DNA of 64,000 nucleotides from Deltaproteobacteria bacterium (GCA_040218735.1 JAVJQW010000043.1:128001-192000); one strand, 5' to 3'; positions 1 through 8,822 are shown, counted from the stretch's first letter. Notes: generated by a model not told the origin, from the letters alone. Numbers and translations: made by a program.

Positions 1-1544
1 AACTCGCCGTCGTCGGTGCGGTCGACGTTCGTCGCGACCTGGAAACGCTCCACCGGCTCGCGTCCCGTGTCGATCACGAGCGTCGCGGTGCGGTTGTACG
101 TCTCTTCGACGAGGAAGTCGTAGCTGACGCCGTCGCGATCCTCGAGGTCGAACTCACCCGGGCTGAAGAACAACGCCTCGGGCCGCGCCAAGAACTCCTT
201 GATGAGGTCCGCGTTCACGTCTTCGTTCGACATCGAGATCAACACCGAGCTCCCCGCTCCGCTCGGCGCCAGCGTGAAGACGCGGTTGCCGTTCTCGTCG
301 AGCTGCCCGCCGTCGTCGACCGTCAGCGTCCCCACCGTGCGGAACGTCCCGCCCCCGAGCGGTGCGTCTGGGCTCGGCGACGCCGCCCACTGCATCATGG
401 TGATCGACGGGTTCACGAGCTCCACCGCCGAGATCCCCGTGTTCACGAACCGGAACGCCATCCGCACCTCACCGCGCGACGTCTTCTCTTCGTTGATCTG
501 CGTGTCGCGTCGGTACTCCGACGAGGTCCGCGTCGCCGACTGCGATGACGCCGTGGTGAGCGTCGTCGACGTGGTGTTCACCGTCTCCGGCGTCGCGTCC
601 GCACACAGCTCCGTGTCCGAGAGGCCCGTCGCCTTCAGCACGGAGCCGGCCGCCTCACCGACCAACCCGACCGTCTCCTTCAGCGCGTTCGGATTGTCCT
701 TGTCGAACTTCACCTCGCCGCCGCTCTTCGCGGAGTCACACGCCGCGGACCGACCGAGCTCGAGCGCCTTGCCGCCGAAGAACTTGAGCGCGCCCGCCTT
801 GCTGAACTCGAGGTCGTCGAAGAACCCTTCGCCGCCGGAGGAGGCCGCGGTCGTGACCGCCGTGCTCTCCATGTCGCTCCGCTCGGTCGAGCTGGAGTTC
901 GTCGTCGAGTAGACGCTCCCGTATTCGACCTCGCTCCGATCGCCGGTCAGGTATTCGACGCGAAGTCGGATGTCGATGTCGCCAGCCGACACCATGTCGA
1001 GCTGCGGGATCTCGGCGACGCGCGGGTCGCGGTTCGTCACGTCGCGCTCCTCGCGGTCGTCGAGCCCGTCCCCGTCCGTGTCCGCGAGCGTCGGCGACGT
1101 CCCCGCCGCGACCTCCGCGCCGTCGAACAGCGCCGCGACGGGGAGTGTGGTGTCGTCCTCGTCGAGCGCGTCACCGTCCGAGTCGACGCTCGAGAGGTTC
1201 GACCGGTAGCGGTACTTCTCCTCGAAGTCATCGAGCTGGTCACCGTCGGTGTCCGCGAGCGTCGGGTCACTGCGCTCCGCAAGCTCGATGTCGTCGGTGA
1301 GCCCGTCGCCGTCGGTGTCGGCGAGGGTCGGGTCCGACACGACCTTGCGCCGTGTGACGAACTCGGCGCCCGCCGCGAGGCCGTAGCCGAGCTCGTCCAC
1401 GACGACCTCCCAGCCGGCGAGCTCGATCGCATCGGTGAGCCCGTCGCCGTCGGTGTCGACGGTGGCCGGGTCGTTCGCGCCGCCGCCGCAGGCGAGCGCG
1501 AGCGCAAGCAACAAGAAGGTCGGAGTGGTTCGGGTGATCTTCAT
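1..1544 (-). CDS. Lipoprotein with Ca-binding DxDGDG repeats and a protective-antigen/binary toxin B-like region (partial, 3' end runs off the window)
   Basis: Manual translation from ATG at 1544: MKITRTTPTFLLLALALACGGG (lipobox), then DTDGDGLTDAIELAGWEVVVD, SDPTLADTDGDGLTDDIE and further repeats, DPRVAEIPQLDM, and Ser/Thr-rich STTNSSSTERS...GEGFFDD. Open to the window edge, so absent from the ORF track. GAGG lies just upstream. Confidence 0.75.
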   Translation of the reverse strand, partial: MKITRTTPTFLLLALALACGGGANDPATVDTDGDGLTDAIELAGWEVVVDELGYGLAAGAEFVTRRKVVSDPTLADTDGDGLTDDIELAERSDPTLADTDGDQLDDFEEKYRYRSNLSSVDSDGDALDEDDTTLPVAALFDGAEVAAGTSPTLADTDGDGLDDREERDVTNRDPRVAEIPQLDMVSAGDIDIRLRVEYLTGDRSEVEYGSVYSTTNSSSTERSDMESTAVTTAASSGGEGFFDDLEFSKAGALKFFGGKALELGRSAACDSAKSGGEVKFDKDNPNALKETVGLVGEAAGSVLKATGLSDTELCADATPETVNTTSTTLTTASSQSATRTSSEYRRDTQINEEKTSRGEVRMAFRFVNTGISAVELVNPSITMMQWAASPSPDAPLGGGTFRTVGTLTVDDGGQLDENGNRVFTLAPSGAGSSVLISMSNEDVNADLIKEFLARPEALFFSPGEFDLEDRDGVSYDFLVEETYNRTATLVIDTGREPVERFQVATNVDRTDDGE

Positions 1545-1555
1545 CCTCGAACCGG

Positions 1556-1581
1556 GTGCGAACGCAGCCCGTTTCGTGGCA
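1556..1581 (-). promoter_or_regulatory. Putative ECF sigma promoter TGCCACGAAAC-N10-CGCAC upstream of the PA-like gene
   Basis: The identical 11-mer plus CGCAC at the same 10-nt spacing recurs at 3405-3430, upstream of the anti-sigma gene. Confidence 0.55.
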
Positions 1582-1612
1582 CGCCGTCGGCGATTTTTTT
1601 CGCGGTCTGTGG

Positions 1613-2647
1613 TCAGGCGGCGCGGGCGCGCAGGACCGCGGCCTCGCGGAGCACCAGGTCCGTGCGTTTGTAGTCGGTCACGAGGTCGACGAAGAGGCGG
1701 TCGGAGCCTGCATCCCGCGGCCGCATCCCGGTGGGGAGCAGCTCCGCGACGAGCAGCTTGTCCTCCCAGCGGCGCAGGAAGTCGTCGGCCGCGTAGACCT
1801 CGCCGCTCTGTCCGTCGACGATGAACGTCTGGTGGATCGATGCGTCTGCGCCGACGCTGCGGTGCGGCGTCACCACGTTGAGCAGGTGGCACGTCTTCGT
1901 GCCGTCCGCGTCGATGCCTTCGAAGGACAACACCGCACGTTCGCCCGGTTGGAGCTCCGCGATACGGTCGCGCAGCGACGCCGACACGCCGCTCCGCTCC
2001 GCGACGGGGGAAAGCCACCGATGATCGAAGTCGTCCGCGAACCCGGTCGGGACGCTCGCCCACATATCGGACTCCTTGGACTGGAAGAGCTCCACGGCAT
2101 CGCGCGGATGCCCGAGCCGATTCGCCACCTCCCAGATGGAGTAGTCCCGGGCGTTGTGCCGGGCCATGACGCGGATCGCGGGGAGCTCGGCCACGGCGCG
2201 CATCGCCGCCTCGACCTCCGTCGTGCCTCGGGAGAAGTCGGCGCTCCGCAGCGCTTCCACCGCCGCGGTGATCGTCGGGCGCCCTGCGTCGATGAGCGCT
2301 TCGAACGTGACCCGTTCGTCGCGGAGCGCGATCAGGTCCGGGTTCGTTTCGTCGGCGTCGATCAACTTCGCGAGCACCTCGGGGTCCGCGAGCTCGGCGG
2401 CGACGCCCGCGTCGTCATCCGCGTACGCGTCGAGCCGTTCGCCGCGCGCCACCGCCGCCCCGAGCCCTGCGAGGCGCTGGTCGACCGCGATCGAGCACTC
2501 ACTGCAGTTGTGCGTGGAGCGCTCCGGGTTCACGAACAACTGATTGGAGCCGAGCGACGAATAGACGAGCGCGAGCTGCTCTTCGAGTGTGCGTTCGTCG
2601 TCGAACCGCCGTGCGACGAGCTGAGGGATCTGCCCCGGGCTCCGCAT
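1613..2647 (-). CDS. Papain-fold toxin-like protein (Tox-PL / glutamine deamidase-like)
   Basis: Motifs HNCSECSIAVDQRLAG, CHLLNVV and FIVDGQSG match the NCxxC...H.xNV...DxQxG pattern of Tox-PL domains. No signal peptide. Confidence 0.65.
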   Translation of the reverse strand: MRSPGQIPQLVARRFDDERTLEEQLALVYSSLGSNQLFVNPERSTHNCSECSIAVDQRLAGLGAAVARGERLDAYADDDAGVAAELADPEVLAKLIDADETNPDLIALRDERVTFEALIDAGRPTITAAVEALRSADFSRGTTEVEAAMRAVAELPAIRVMARHNARDYSIWEVANRLGHPRDAVELFQSKESDMWASVPTGFADDFDHRWLSPVAERSGVSASLRDRIAELQPGERAVLSFEGIDADGTKTCHLLNVVTPHRSVGADASIHQTFIVDGQSGEVYAADDFLRRWEDKLLVAELLPTGMRPRDAGSDRLFVDLVTDYKRTDLVLREAAVLRARAA

Positions 2648-2734
2648 GTTTGGCGGGCTGCGTTGGCCGTAGTCGGTTCGGTGCTCGGGGCCTCCCGCGA
2701 GGCGCGTCAGGTCGTGGGGCGGGGCGGGTCTGTC

Positions 2735-3388
2735 TCACCGAACTCGGAGCGGGATCCTCGCAACGACCTCCCATTCGGTCGCGAGCTCCAGCTCCAGCAA
2801 CCCCGGTTGCAGCACCCCCGCGTCGACCTCGACGATCAGCGGCGCCTTCTCGGGGCGTTTCACCGATGCGGTCCACACCGCGCGGTCCCCGGCGCGCAGG
2901 GTCGCGACGAACGACGTCGCGCGCACCGTCGACTCGAACGTGACGACGAACCGCACCGGGCCGCCGCCGTCGATCACCTTCGGAGCGGCGTCGGCGCGGT
3001 AGGTGTTCGGGGCGAGGTTCACCATGGTCGGCTCCTTCGGGAGCACCACGAGCGCGACCACCGCCGCGGCCGCCGCGAGCCCGAGCACGCCGAGCCACTG
3101 CCACTTCGCTCGCGGGGCCTCGCGGGGACGCGCGTCGGCGCGACCCTCCAACGCCTCCGCGAAACCGAGCTCGTCCGCCCACGCGCGCTCGTCCTCGATC
3201 TTCTTCGCGACGATGGCCCGTTCGTCCGCCGGGAGCGTCCCGTCGCGGTAGGCCTGCACGAGCTGAGACCGCAGCGCACGCACGGCGTCTTGGGTGTCGT
3301 CGGCCAGGAAGGCGGCCTCCTCGACCGCATCGTGATCCTCGGGGGACAGCCGCCCGAGGACATAGGCGCGCAGTTGTTCGGGGTTCAT
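2735..3388 (-). CDS. Putative transmembrane anti-sigma factor
   Basis: N-terminal YVLGRLSPEDHDAVEE anti-sigma-like helices without Zn ligands, a central TM segment WLGVLGLAAAAAVVALVVL and a beta-rich C-terminal domain. Overlaps the sigma stop by 4 nt (ATGA). Confidence 0.7.
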   Translation of the reverse strand: MNPEQLRAYVLGRLSPEDHDAVEEAAFLADDTQDAVRALRSQLVQAYRDGTLPADERAIVAKKIEDERAWADELGFAEALEGRADARPREAPRAKWQWLGVLGLAAAAAVVALVVLPKEPTMVNLAPNTYRADAAPKVIDGGGPVRFVVTFESTVRATSFVATLRAGDRAVWTASVKRPEKAPLIVEVDAGVLQPGLLELELATEWEVVARIPLRVR

Positions 3389-3999
3389 GGCGTCTCACCC
3401 TCCTGTGCGTCGCCGCCTTGTTTCGTGGCAGATGTTTCGTCACGAAGTCGTGATTCGATGCACCGCTTCAGGCGAACCCTGAGACGCGCCGCGCGACTCC
3501 TCAGGTTCACCTCGGTGAGGCCGAGGTCCTCCGCGAGCGCGCGACGGTGTCGTGTCTTCTCCCGCCCGACGAGCCCCCGGTGGTATTCGAGGAGCACGCG
3601 CCGTTCGGCGTCGTGCATGCCTTCGAGGCAGCCGTCCATCGCGGCGAGGAGGCGCTCGCGCTCTGCGGCGTCATCGTCCTCGCGCACGGACGGCGTGCCG
3701 AGCGGCTTCGTCCGCTGGTCCTCGCGGCTCGCCTCCAGGGCGACGAACCGCGCGACGCCCAAGACGTAGCGCAGCGGATCGGGGTGCTCGACCTCGAGCC
3801 CCTCTTCCAGTTTTCGCGCGACGCGGTCGAGCGTCTCGTCGGCGAGCGCGGGGGGATCGGCGAGCGCGCGGCACTCGAAGAGCGTGACGAGGCGATCGTG
3901 CACGCGTCGGTACGCGTCGCCGACGGACTCGTCCGGACCGCGCCCCAGCATGTCGGCGAGCGCGCGCCACCGATCCGCGTCCAGCGTGCCCGAGGCCAC
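3385..3999 (-). CDS. ECF-type RNA polymerase sigma factor
   Basis: Region 2-like LADETLDRVARKL and YVLGVARFVALE; region 4-like CLEGMHDAERRVLLEYH...LAEDLGLTEVNLRSRAARLRVRLKRCI. Confidence 0.8.
   Translation of the reverse strand: MASGTLDADRWRALADMLGRGPDESVGDAYRRVHDRLVTLFECRALADPPALADETLDRVARKLEEGLEVEHPDPLRYVLGVARFVALEASREDQRTKPLGTPSVREDDDAAERERLLAAMDGCLEGMHDAERRVLLEYHRGLVGREKTRHRRALAEDLGLTEVNLRSRAARLRVRLKRCIESRLRDETSATKQGGDAQEGETP
3405..3430 (-). promoter_or_regulatory. Putative ECF sigma promoter inside the 3' end of the sigma gene, driving the anti-sigma gene
   Basis: TGCCACGAAAC-aaggcggcga-CGCAC followed by the RBS AGGAGG and the ATG at 3388. A related half-site GTGACGAAAC lies immediately upstream. 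Confidence 0.55.
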
Positions 4000-4050
4000 G
4001 GTGTCGTCTTGTCAGAGGATCGGACCTGCGCACAACATCTGTCCCGAGAG

Positions 4051-6714
4051 ATGCCCGCTGCCCGGTGGATCCTGCTGGCGCTCGCGCTAGCGGGGTGCCG
4101 CGAAGCGAAGCGTGCGCCGCCCGACGCCGGGATCGAGCTCGTACGGACCTGGTCGGGCCGGCTGAGCGGGTCGCAGCCTCTCCACCTGGACGTCCCGAAG
4201 GGCGCCGCCGTGGAGGTGGTGGTCGAGCAGCGCAGCGCCGACGTCGCGCTGGTTTGGGGGGGCGAGCGGATCGACCGTGTCGCGGGGCCCCGAGGCGACG
4301 AGCGGTGGGGCGGGCGCGCCCCGGACGGTGTCTTCGTCCTCGAGAAGGCGCACCCGAGGTTCGACAACGGCGAGGTGCGTCTTCACGTCGTCACTGGGAC
4401 ACGCGCGGAGGCCCGCCTGGAGCTGCACCGTGTGCTGCGCGCCTACGAGACAGGCACCGCGACCGTCGCCGCGTCGTGGCGTGCGCCCGACGACGAGACG
4501 GAAGCGGAGCTCACGCTCGCGGAGGCGGTGTGGCGGTGGGAACGTCGCGAGGTCGAGCTCGCGCAAGCTGGATTGCAGAGCGCGATCGAGCGCGCGAAGT
4601 CACGCCGGGACATCGCCGCACGCGCCCACGCGCGGCTCGGCGACATCGCGTACTTCCTGGGCGATCTGGAGGCGGCCAAGACCCACTTCGACGAAGCGCT
4701 CCGTGGCGCGCTCGCGATCGACGCGGCGACGATCGAGCTCCAGGCCCGCATCGGCGTCGCAGCCGTCCACTCTTCGAAGAACGAACACGACGAAGCGCTC
4801 GCGGTCTTGGAGCACGTCGCCGCGATCGCCGAGGGCGTCGGCGACGACTATTCGCTGGCAATCGCCTACGACCTCACGGGGACGATCTACTTCCGGCTCG
4901 GCGAGTCCCGGCAGGCGCGGAGGTACTACGTCGACAGTCACGACGCGCTCGCGCGTCTGAACGCGACCCAGGCGCAGGGGCGCGTCCTCCACAAACTCGG
5001 GCTGCTCGCGCGGGAGCTCGAAGACGACATCCCCGCTGCGCTCGACGCGTTCGACCGCGCGCTGCCCATGTTGGAGGACGCGAAGAGCGTCGAGGGGGAG
5101 GCGCTGGTACACATCGACCGCGGCCTCACGTGGTTCCTCCGCGGAGAGCGTGACGCCGCGAAGAAGGCGCTCGAACAGGGTTACGCGCTCTCCAAGAGGT
5201 ACCGGATTCAACACCTGCACGGTCGCGCGGCGTGGGGCCTCGGCGTGTTGGCCAACGCCAACGGTGATCACGAGGCTGCGGTCGAGCGCTTCGAGGAGGC
5301 GGTCGAGAAGTTCGACGCCGTGCAGGACGCGATCTACGAGGCGCGCGCCGAGGGCGGGCTCGCGCAAGCCTGGCGCTCGCGGGGCGGCGCGAAGGAGGCG
5401 CTCGAACACGCGCAACGAGCGGTGGCCCTCGCGGAGTCCGTGCGCGCTCGCGTTCGCGCGCCGGACCTGCGGACGAGCGCGTTCGCCGACGTACGTCGGA
5501 CCTACGAGCTCCTGCTGGCGCTGCGAATCGCGACGGGGGCGTCACCGCTCGAGACCCTCCGCGTGAGCGAACGTGCGCGCGCTCGTTCGTTGTTCGAAGC
5601 GCTGCAGCGCGCGCGGGTCGCCGATGTCGCGCTGCGATCCGCGATCCCGGATCTCTCGGTCCCCGATCTCACCCGCCGCCTCGGCCGCCAAGGTGCCCTG
5701 GTCGAGTACTTCCTCGCGGAGCCGCGGAGCTGGGCGTGGGTCGTCGACGCCGACGGTGTTCGTCGCTACGAGCTCGCGGGGCGCGCGAAGATCGAGGCTG
5801 CGGTGCGCGCGTGGCGGGACGCGATCGAGGCGCGAGGCCCGGAGGTCGACGCGCTGGGCGCTCCGTTGTCTGCACTGATCGGCGCACCGCTGGCGAAGGC
5901 GCCTCGGGACCTCTGGATCGTCCCGGACGGCGCGTTGCACTACGCGCCCTGGGCGGCGTTGCCCGACGGTGACGGACGCGCGCTGGTGGAGCAGCACATC
6001 GTACGCCTCGCGCCGAGCGCGGCCTTTGCTTCGCGTCCCGCGAGGCCCATGCCCGAGGCGCCGAGGATCGCCATCGTCGCCGATCCGGTGTTCAGCGCCG
6101 CGGACCCCCGCCTCGAGACCCCCGACCCGGCGGCGGATGTACCCTTCGCGCGCCTCGGGTTCGCGCGAAGTGAAGCCGACGTGATCGCGAGCCGTGCGAA
6201 GGGACGCGCCGATCGATGGCAGGGGGTCGACGCCAACCTCGCGCTCGTCCGCGGAGGCGCGTTCGCGGGGCGGGACATCCTTCACTTCGCGACGCACGCC
6301 GTCGTCTCTCCCACCTCGCCCGAGCGCGCCGCGTTGATCCTGTCGCTGGTCGACGCGGACGGGACGTCACGCGAAGGCGCGCTCACGCTCGCGCATATCT
6401 ACGACCTCCAGCTCGACGCCCGGCTCGTCGTCCTCAGCGCGTGTGAGACCGCGCTCGGTGAGCACGTGCGCGGGGAGGGGCTCCTCGGTCTGGGGCGCGC
6501 GTTTCTGTTCGCGGGGAGTCACTCGGTGGCGTCGAGCCTGTGGCGGGTCGATGACCGCGCGACGTACCAGCTCATGTCGCGGTTCTACGCGGAGCTGCTC
6601 GGGACGCACTCGGACCCGGCTCGGGCCCTGCGCGCGGCGCAACTCGGCCTGCGCGCCGATGAACGGTACACGCACCCTCGTGACTGGGCATCGTTCCTCG
6701 TCGTCGGGCGCTGA
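4051..6714 (+). CDS. Lipoprotein TPR-CHAT (caspase HetF-associated) cysteine protease
   Basis: Start MPAARWILLALALAGC (lipobox), multiple TPRs, and CHAT motifs LWIVPDGALHYAPWAAL, ILHFATHA (His), LVVLSACETALG (Cys), SLWRVDD and HPRDWASF. Confidence 0.9.
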   Translation: MPAARWILLALALAGCREAKRAPPDAGIELVRTWSGRLSGSQPLHLDVPKGAAVEVVVEQRSADVALVWGGERIDRVAGPRGDERWGGRAPDGVFVLEKAHPRFDNGEVRLHVVTGTRAEARLELHRVLRAYETGTATVAASWRAPDDETEAELTLAEAVWRWERREVELAQAGLQSAIERAKSRRDIAARAHARLGDIAYFLGDLEAAKTHFDEALRGALAIDAATIELQARIGVAAVHSSKNEHDEALAVLEHVAAIAEGVGDDYSLAIAYDLTGTIYFRLGESRQARRYYVDSHDALARLNATQAQGRVLHKLGLLARELEDDIPAALDAFDRALPMLEDAKSVEGEALVHIDRGLTWFLRGERDAAKKALEQGYALSKRYRIQHLHGRAAWGLGVLANANGDHEAAVERFEEAVEKFDAVQDAIYEARAEGGLAQAWRSRGGAKEALEHAQRAVALAESVRARVRAPDLRTSAFADVRRTYELLLALRIATGASPLETLRVSERARARSLFEALQRARVADVALRSAIPDLSVPDLTRRLGRQGALVEYFLAEPRSWAWVVDADGVRRYELAGRAKIEAAVRAWRDAIEARGPEVDALGAPLSALIGAPLAKAPRDLWIVPDGALHYAPWAALPDGDGRALVEQHIVRLAPSAAFASRPARPMPEAPRIAIVADPVFSAADPRLETPDPAADVPFARLGFARSEADVIASRAKGRADRWQGVDANLALVRGGAFAGRDILHFATHAVVSPTSPERAALILSLVDADGTSREGALTLAHIYDLQLDARLVVLSACETALGEHVRGEGLLGLGRAFLFAGSHSVASSLWRVDDRATYQLMSRFYAELLGTHSDPARALRAAQLGLRADERYTHPRDWASFLVVGR

Positions 6715-6761
6715 GCGGGTCGAGTAGCGCTGGCGGTGACGGCGGCCTAACATCACGCCCC

Positions 6762-8660
6762 GTGCGACGCCTCGCACCGCTGTTGATGTTCGCGACGGTC
6801 GCGTGTTCGTCGAAGCTCGCGCTGGACGTGCGGCTGACGATGGCGCTGCGTCCCGATCCCTTCGAGGACGTCGCGACCGTCAGACTTCGCGCGCTGGAGG
6901 GGGGCCGCCTGGTCGACGTCGGCGAGGGCCGCTGGGACCAGGGACCCCTCGACCTTCCCACGCTGGTGTCGCCCGAGGCGTCGCGGTTCGTGATCGAGGG
7001 CCTCTCGGAAGACGGGCGTGTGGTCTCTTCCGGCGCGTCGGGTGAGCTCGATCTGCTCACGGCGCCGCCCGAGGAGGGGCTCGACATCGTCTTCACGCGG
7101 GTGGGGGTGCTGAGTGTCCTCGACGATCTGGGCACCCCCCGCATCGGGGGCCGCGTCGTCGAGCTCGACGACGGGACGCTCCTCGTCGCGGGGGGCGTCG
7201 ACGAGAGCGGTTGCGCGCGCGAGGACACCGAGATCTATTCAATGGACGGCGCCCGCCTCGAACGTGGACCGCCGCTGGTCGGAGGTCGCGTCGGTGATTT
7301 CCACCTCCTCGCGCTCGGCGACGCGCGGTCGGTCGTCGTGGGCGGAGAGGCGGCGCCGGGTTGTGGTGAGGCGGTCGCGGCGAGCGATGTCGTGGTGTTC
7401 GATGGCCGCTCGGCGCGCCGCGTCCAGGCGCCTGGGTTCAACCTTCGTGGTGCGAGCTACGCGGTCTCGTCGGCGACGGAGATCGCCGCCGCCGGCGGGG
7501 AAGGGGACATCGTCTCGCGCACCGAGGTGCTCCGCCTCGACCTCGGCTCGGAGTCCGTGCGGTCCATCGGCACGCTGGACGCGCCGCGCGCGTGGGCGCA
7601 GGGCGTCGTGGTGTCCTCGGGGCGCATCGCGCTCCTCGGGGGACAGGCGCAGCGCGACGCGGCGACGGCGCTCGACTCCACGTCCGTGTTCGTCCCCAGC
7701 CGTGGTGCGGCGCTCGACGAGCGCATCGGTCTGGGGCGTCCGCTCATTGCGCCGGCCGCGTGGCGCACGGTGGCCGGCGGCGTCGTCTACGCGGCGGGGC
7801 GCTCCGCGACCGGTGAAGGCCACGCCGAGGTTCGGATGTTGGTGGTGAAGACCGAGCGCGACTTTCCGCTGGGGGATTCGACGTTGGTGACGTCGGTGTC
7901 GTCGACGGTCTCGGACGGGCGCTTCGTCGATGTCGGCGACGGGAGTGTGTTGCTCCTCTCCGACGAGCGCGCCTTCTGGGTGCAGACGTTACCGCGACGC
8001 GCGCGCTCGCTCGACGCCGAAGGGGCCGCGCTCCTCGGCGGAGGGCGTGTCGCCGACGGACGTGTCGTCCTCCGCGCTCGCGACGGTCGTTACTTCTCGT
8101 TCAACCCGGGGCTGTCCGTGCTCGGCGTGCTCGCGCGTCAGGGTCGGCTCGCCGTCGACGAAGGCGAAGTGCTCGATGGTGTCGGCATCGGCGTGGTGCC
8201 GCGACGCCCGGACGCTTGGCAGCTGACGACCGAAGGTTTGGTCGTGACCCAACCCGATGCGCTCGAAGGTGAGGTGCGACCGAACGAGTGGGCGGTGTTT
8301 GCGCAGGACACGCAGCTCGACTTCGAGGTCGCGTTCGACATGCGCCTCACGGCGAATGCGCGCGCGGCGCTGCTGTTCGGTCTCGAGGATCAGCGCTTCG
8401 ATCACGTCGTGCTCGGGGCACGAATCTCGGCCCATCGTCAGGACACGATCCTCGACTGCCCGACCGTCGAACGCCCCGAGCTGGCGAACGGCGCGTTTCA
8501 CCGTATTCGGGTGACGCGCTCCGGCGAGACGATCACCGTCGCCGTCGACGGCGCCAACGTGTTCGGCTGCGCGTTGCGTTCGCCGCGCGTGGGGCGATTG
8601 GCGCTCGGCGGCGTGTCCGGCGTGGTGGCGTTCGATCGTGTCGCGTTCGAGGCGCTGTGA
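6762..8660 (+). CDS. Kelch-type beta-propeller lipoprotein with a C-terminal ConA/DUF1080-like domain
   Basis: Lipobox TVAC; Kelch-like repeats (LDDGTLLVAGG, SSGRIALLGG); C-terminal FHRIRVTRSGETITVAVDG...GVVAFDRV. Confidence 0.65.
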   Translation: MRRLAPLLMFATVACSSKLALDVRLTMALRPDPFEDVATVRLRALEGGRLVDVGEGRWDQGPLDLPTLVSPEASRFVIEGLSEDGRVVSSGASGELDLLTAPPEEGLDIVFTRVGVLSVLDDLGTPRIGGRVVELDDGTLLVAGGVDESGCAREDTEIYSMDGARLERGPPLVGGRVGDFHLLALGDARSVVVGGEAAPGCGEAVAASDVVVFDGRSARRVQAPGFNLRGASYAVSSATEIAAAGGEGDIVSRTEVLRLDLGSESVRSIGTLDAPRAWAQGVVVSSGRIALLGGQAQRDAATALDSTSVFVPSRGAALDERIGLGRPLIAPAAWRTVAGGVVYAAGRSATGEGHAEVRMLVVKTERDFPLGDSTLVTSVSSTVSDGRFVDVGDGSVLLLSDERAFWVQTLPRRARSLDAEGAALLGGGRVADGRVVLRARDGRYFSFNPGLSVLGVLARQGRLAVDEGEVLDGVGIGVVPRRPDAWQLTTEGLVVTQPDALEGEVRPNEWAVFAQDTQLDFEVAFDMRLTANARAALLFGLEDQRFDHVVLGARISAHRQDTILDCPTVERPELANGAFHRIRVTRSGETITVAVDGANVFGCALRSPRVGRLALGGVSGVVAFDRVAFEAL

Positions 8661-8756
8661 CCCTCGATGCAGGTCGATGTCGGATAGTTTGCGAGCGCCC
8701 GTGCACTTTTGGGGCACCTCGACCATGCAAATGCCTCAGTTTGTGACGTTTGCTAG

Positions 8757-8779
8757 GATAAACGCGAATTCTGTTTATC
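8757..8779. promoter_or_regulatory. Inverted repeat GATAAAC-N9-GTTTATC in an AT-rich intergenic region, putative transcription-factor site
   Basis: Perfect 7-bp arms about 45 bp upstream of the NtrC-family gene, in one of the few AT-rich stretches. Confidence 0.4.
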
Positions 8780-8822
8780 TCACCTCGCGAATACCTCTGG
8801 ACCCTGGGAATCTAGACATCCG

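Noticed and set aside
1577-1591. Plus-strand TGGCACG-N4-CGGC sigma-54-like motif
   Set aside because: Poor -12 box, and it points antisense into the end of the toxin-like gene. It overlaps the better-supported minus-strand ECF motif.
1556-3769. 737-aa plus-strand ORF and similar long antisense ORFs (e.g. 199..912, 22222..24267, 25776..27647, 40726..43443)
   Set aside because: Shadow ORFs of high-GC genes on the opposite strand, with no motifs and Arg/Ala/Gly-biased composition.
3385-6714. Type III-E CRISPR Craspase locus
   Set aside because: No Cas7-11, Csx30/Csx31 or array is present, and the CHAT protein has a lipoprotein signal. Only the logic is analogous.
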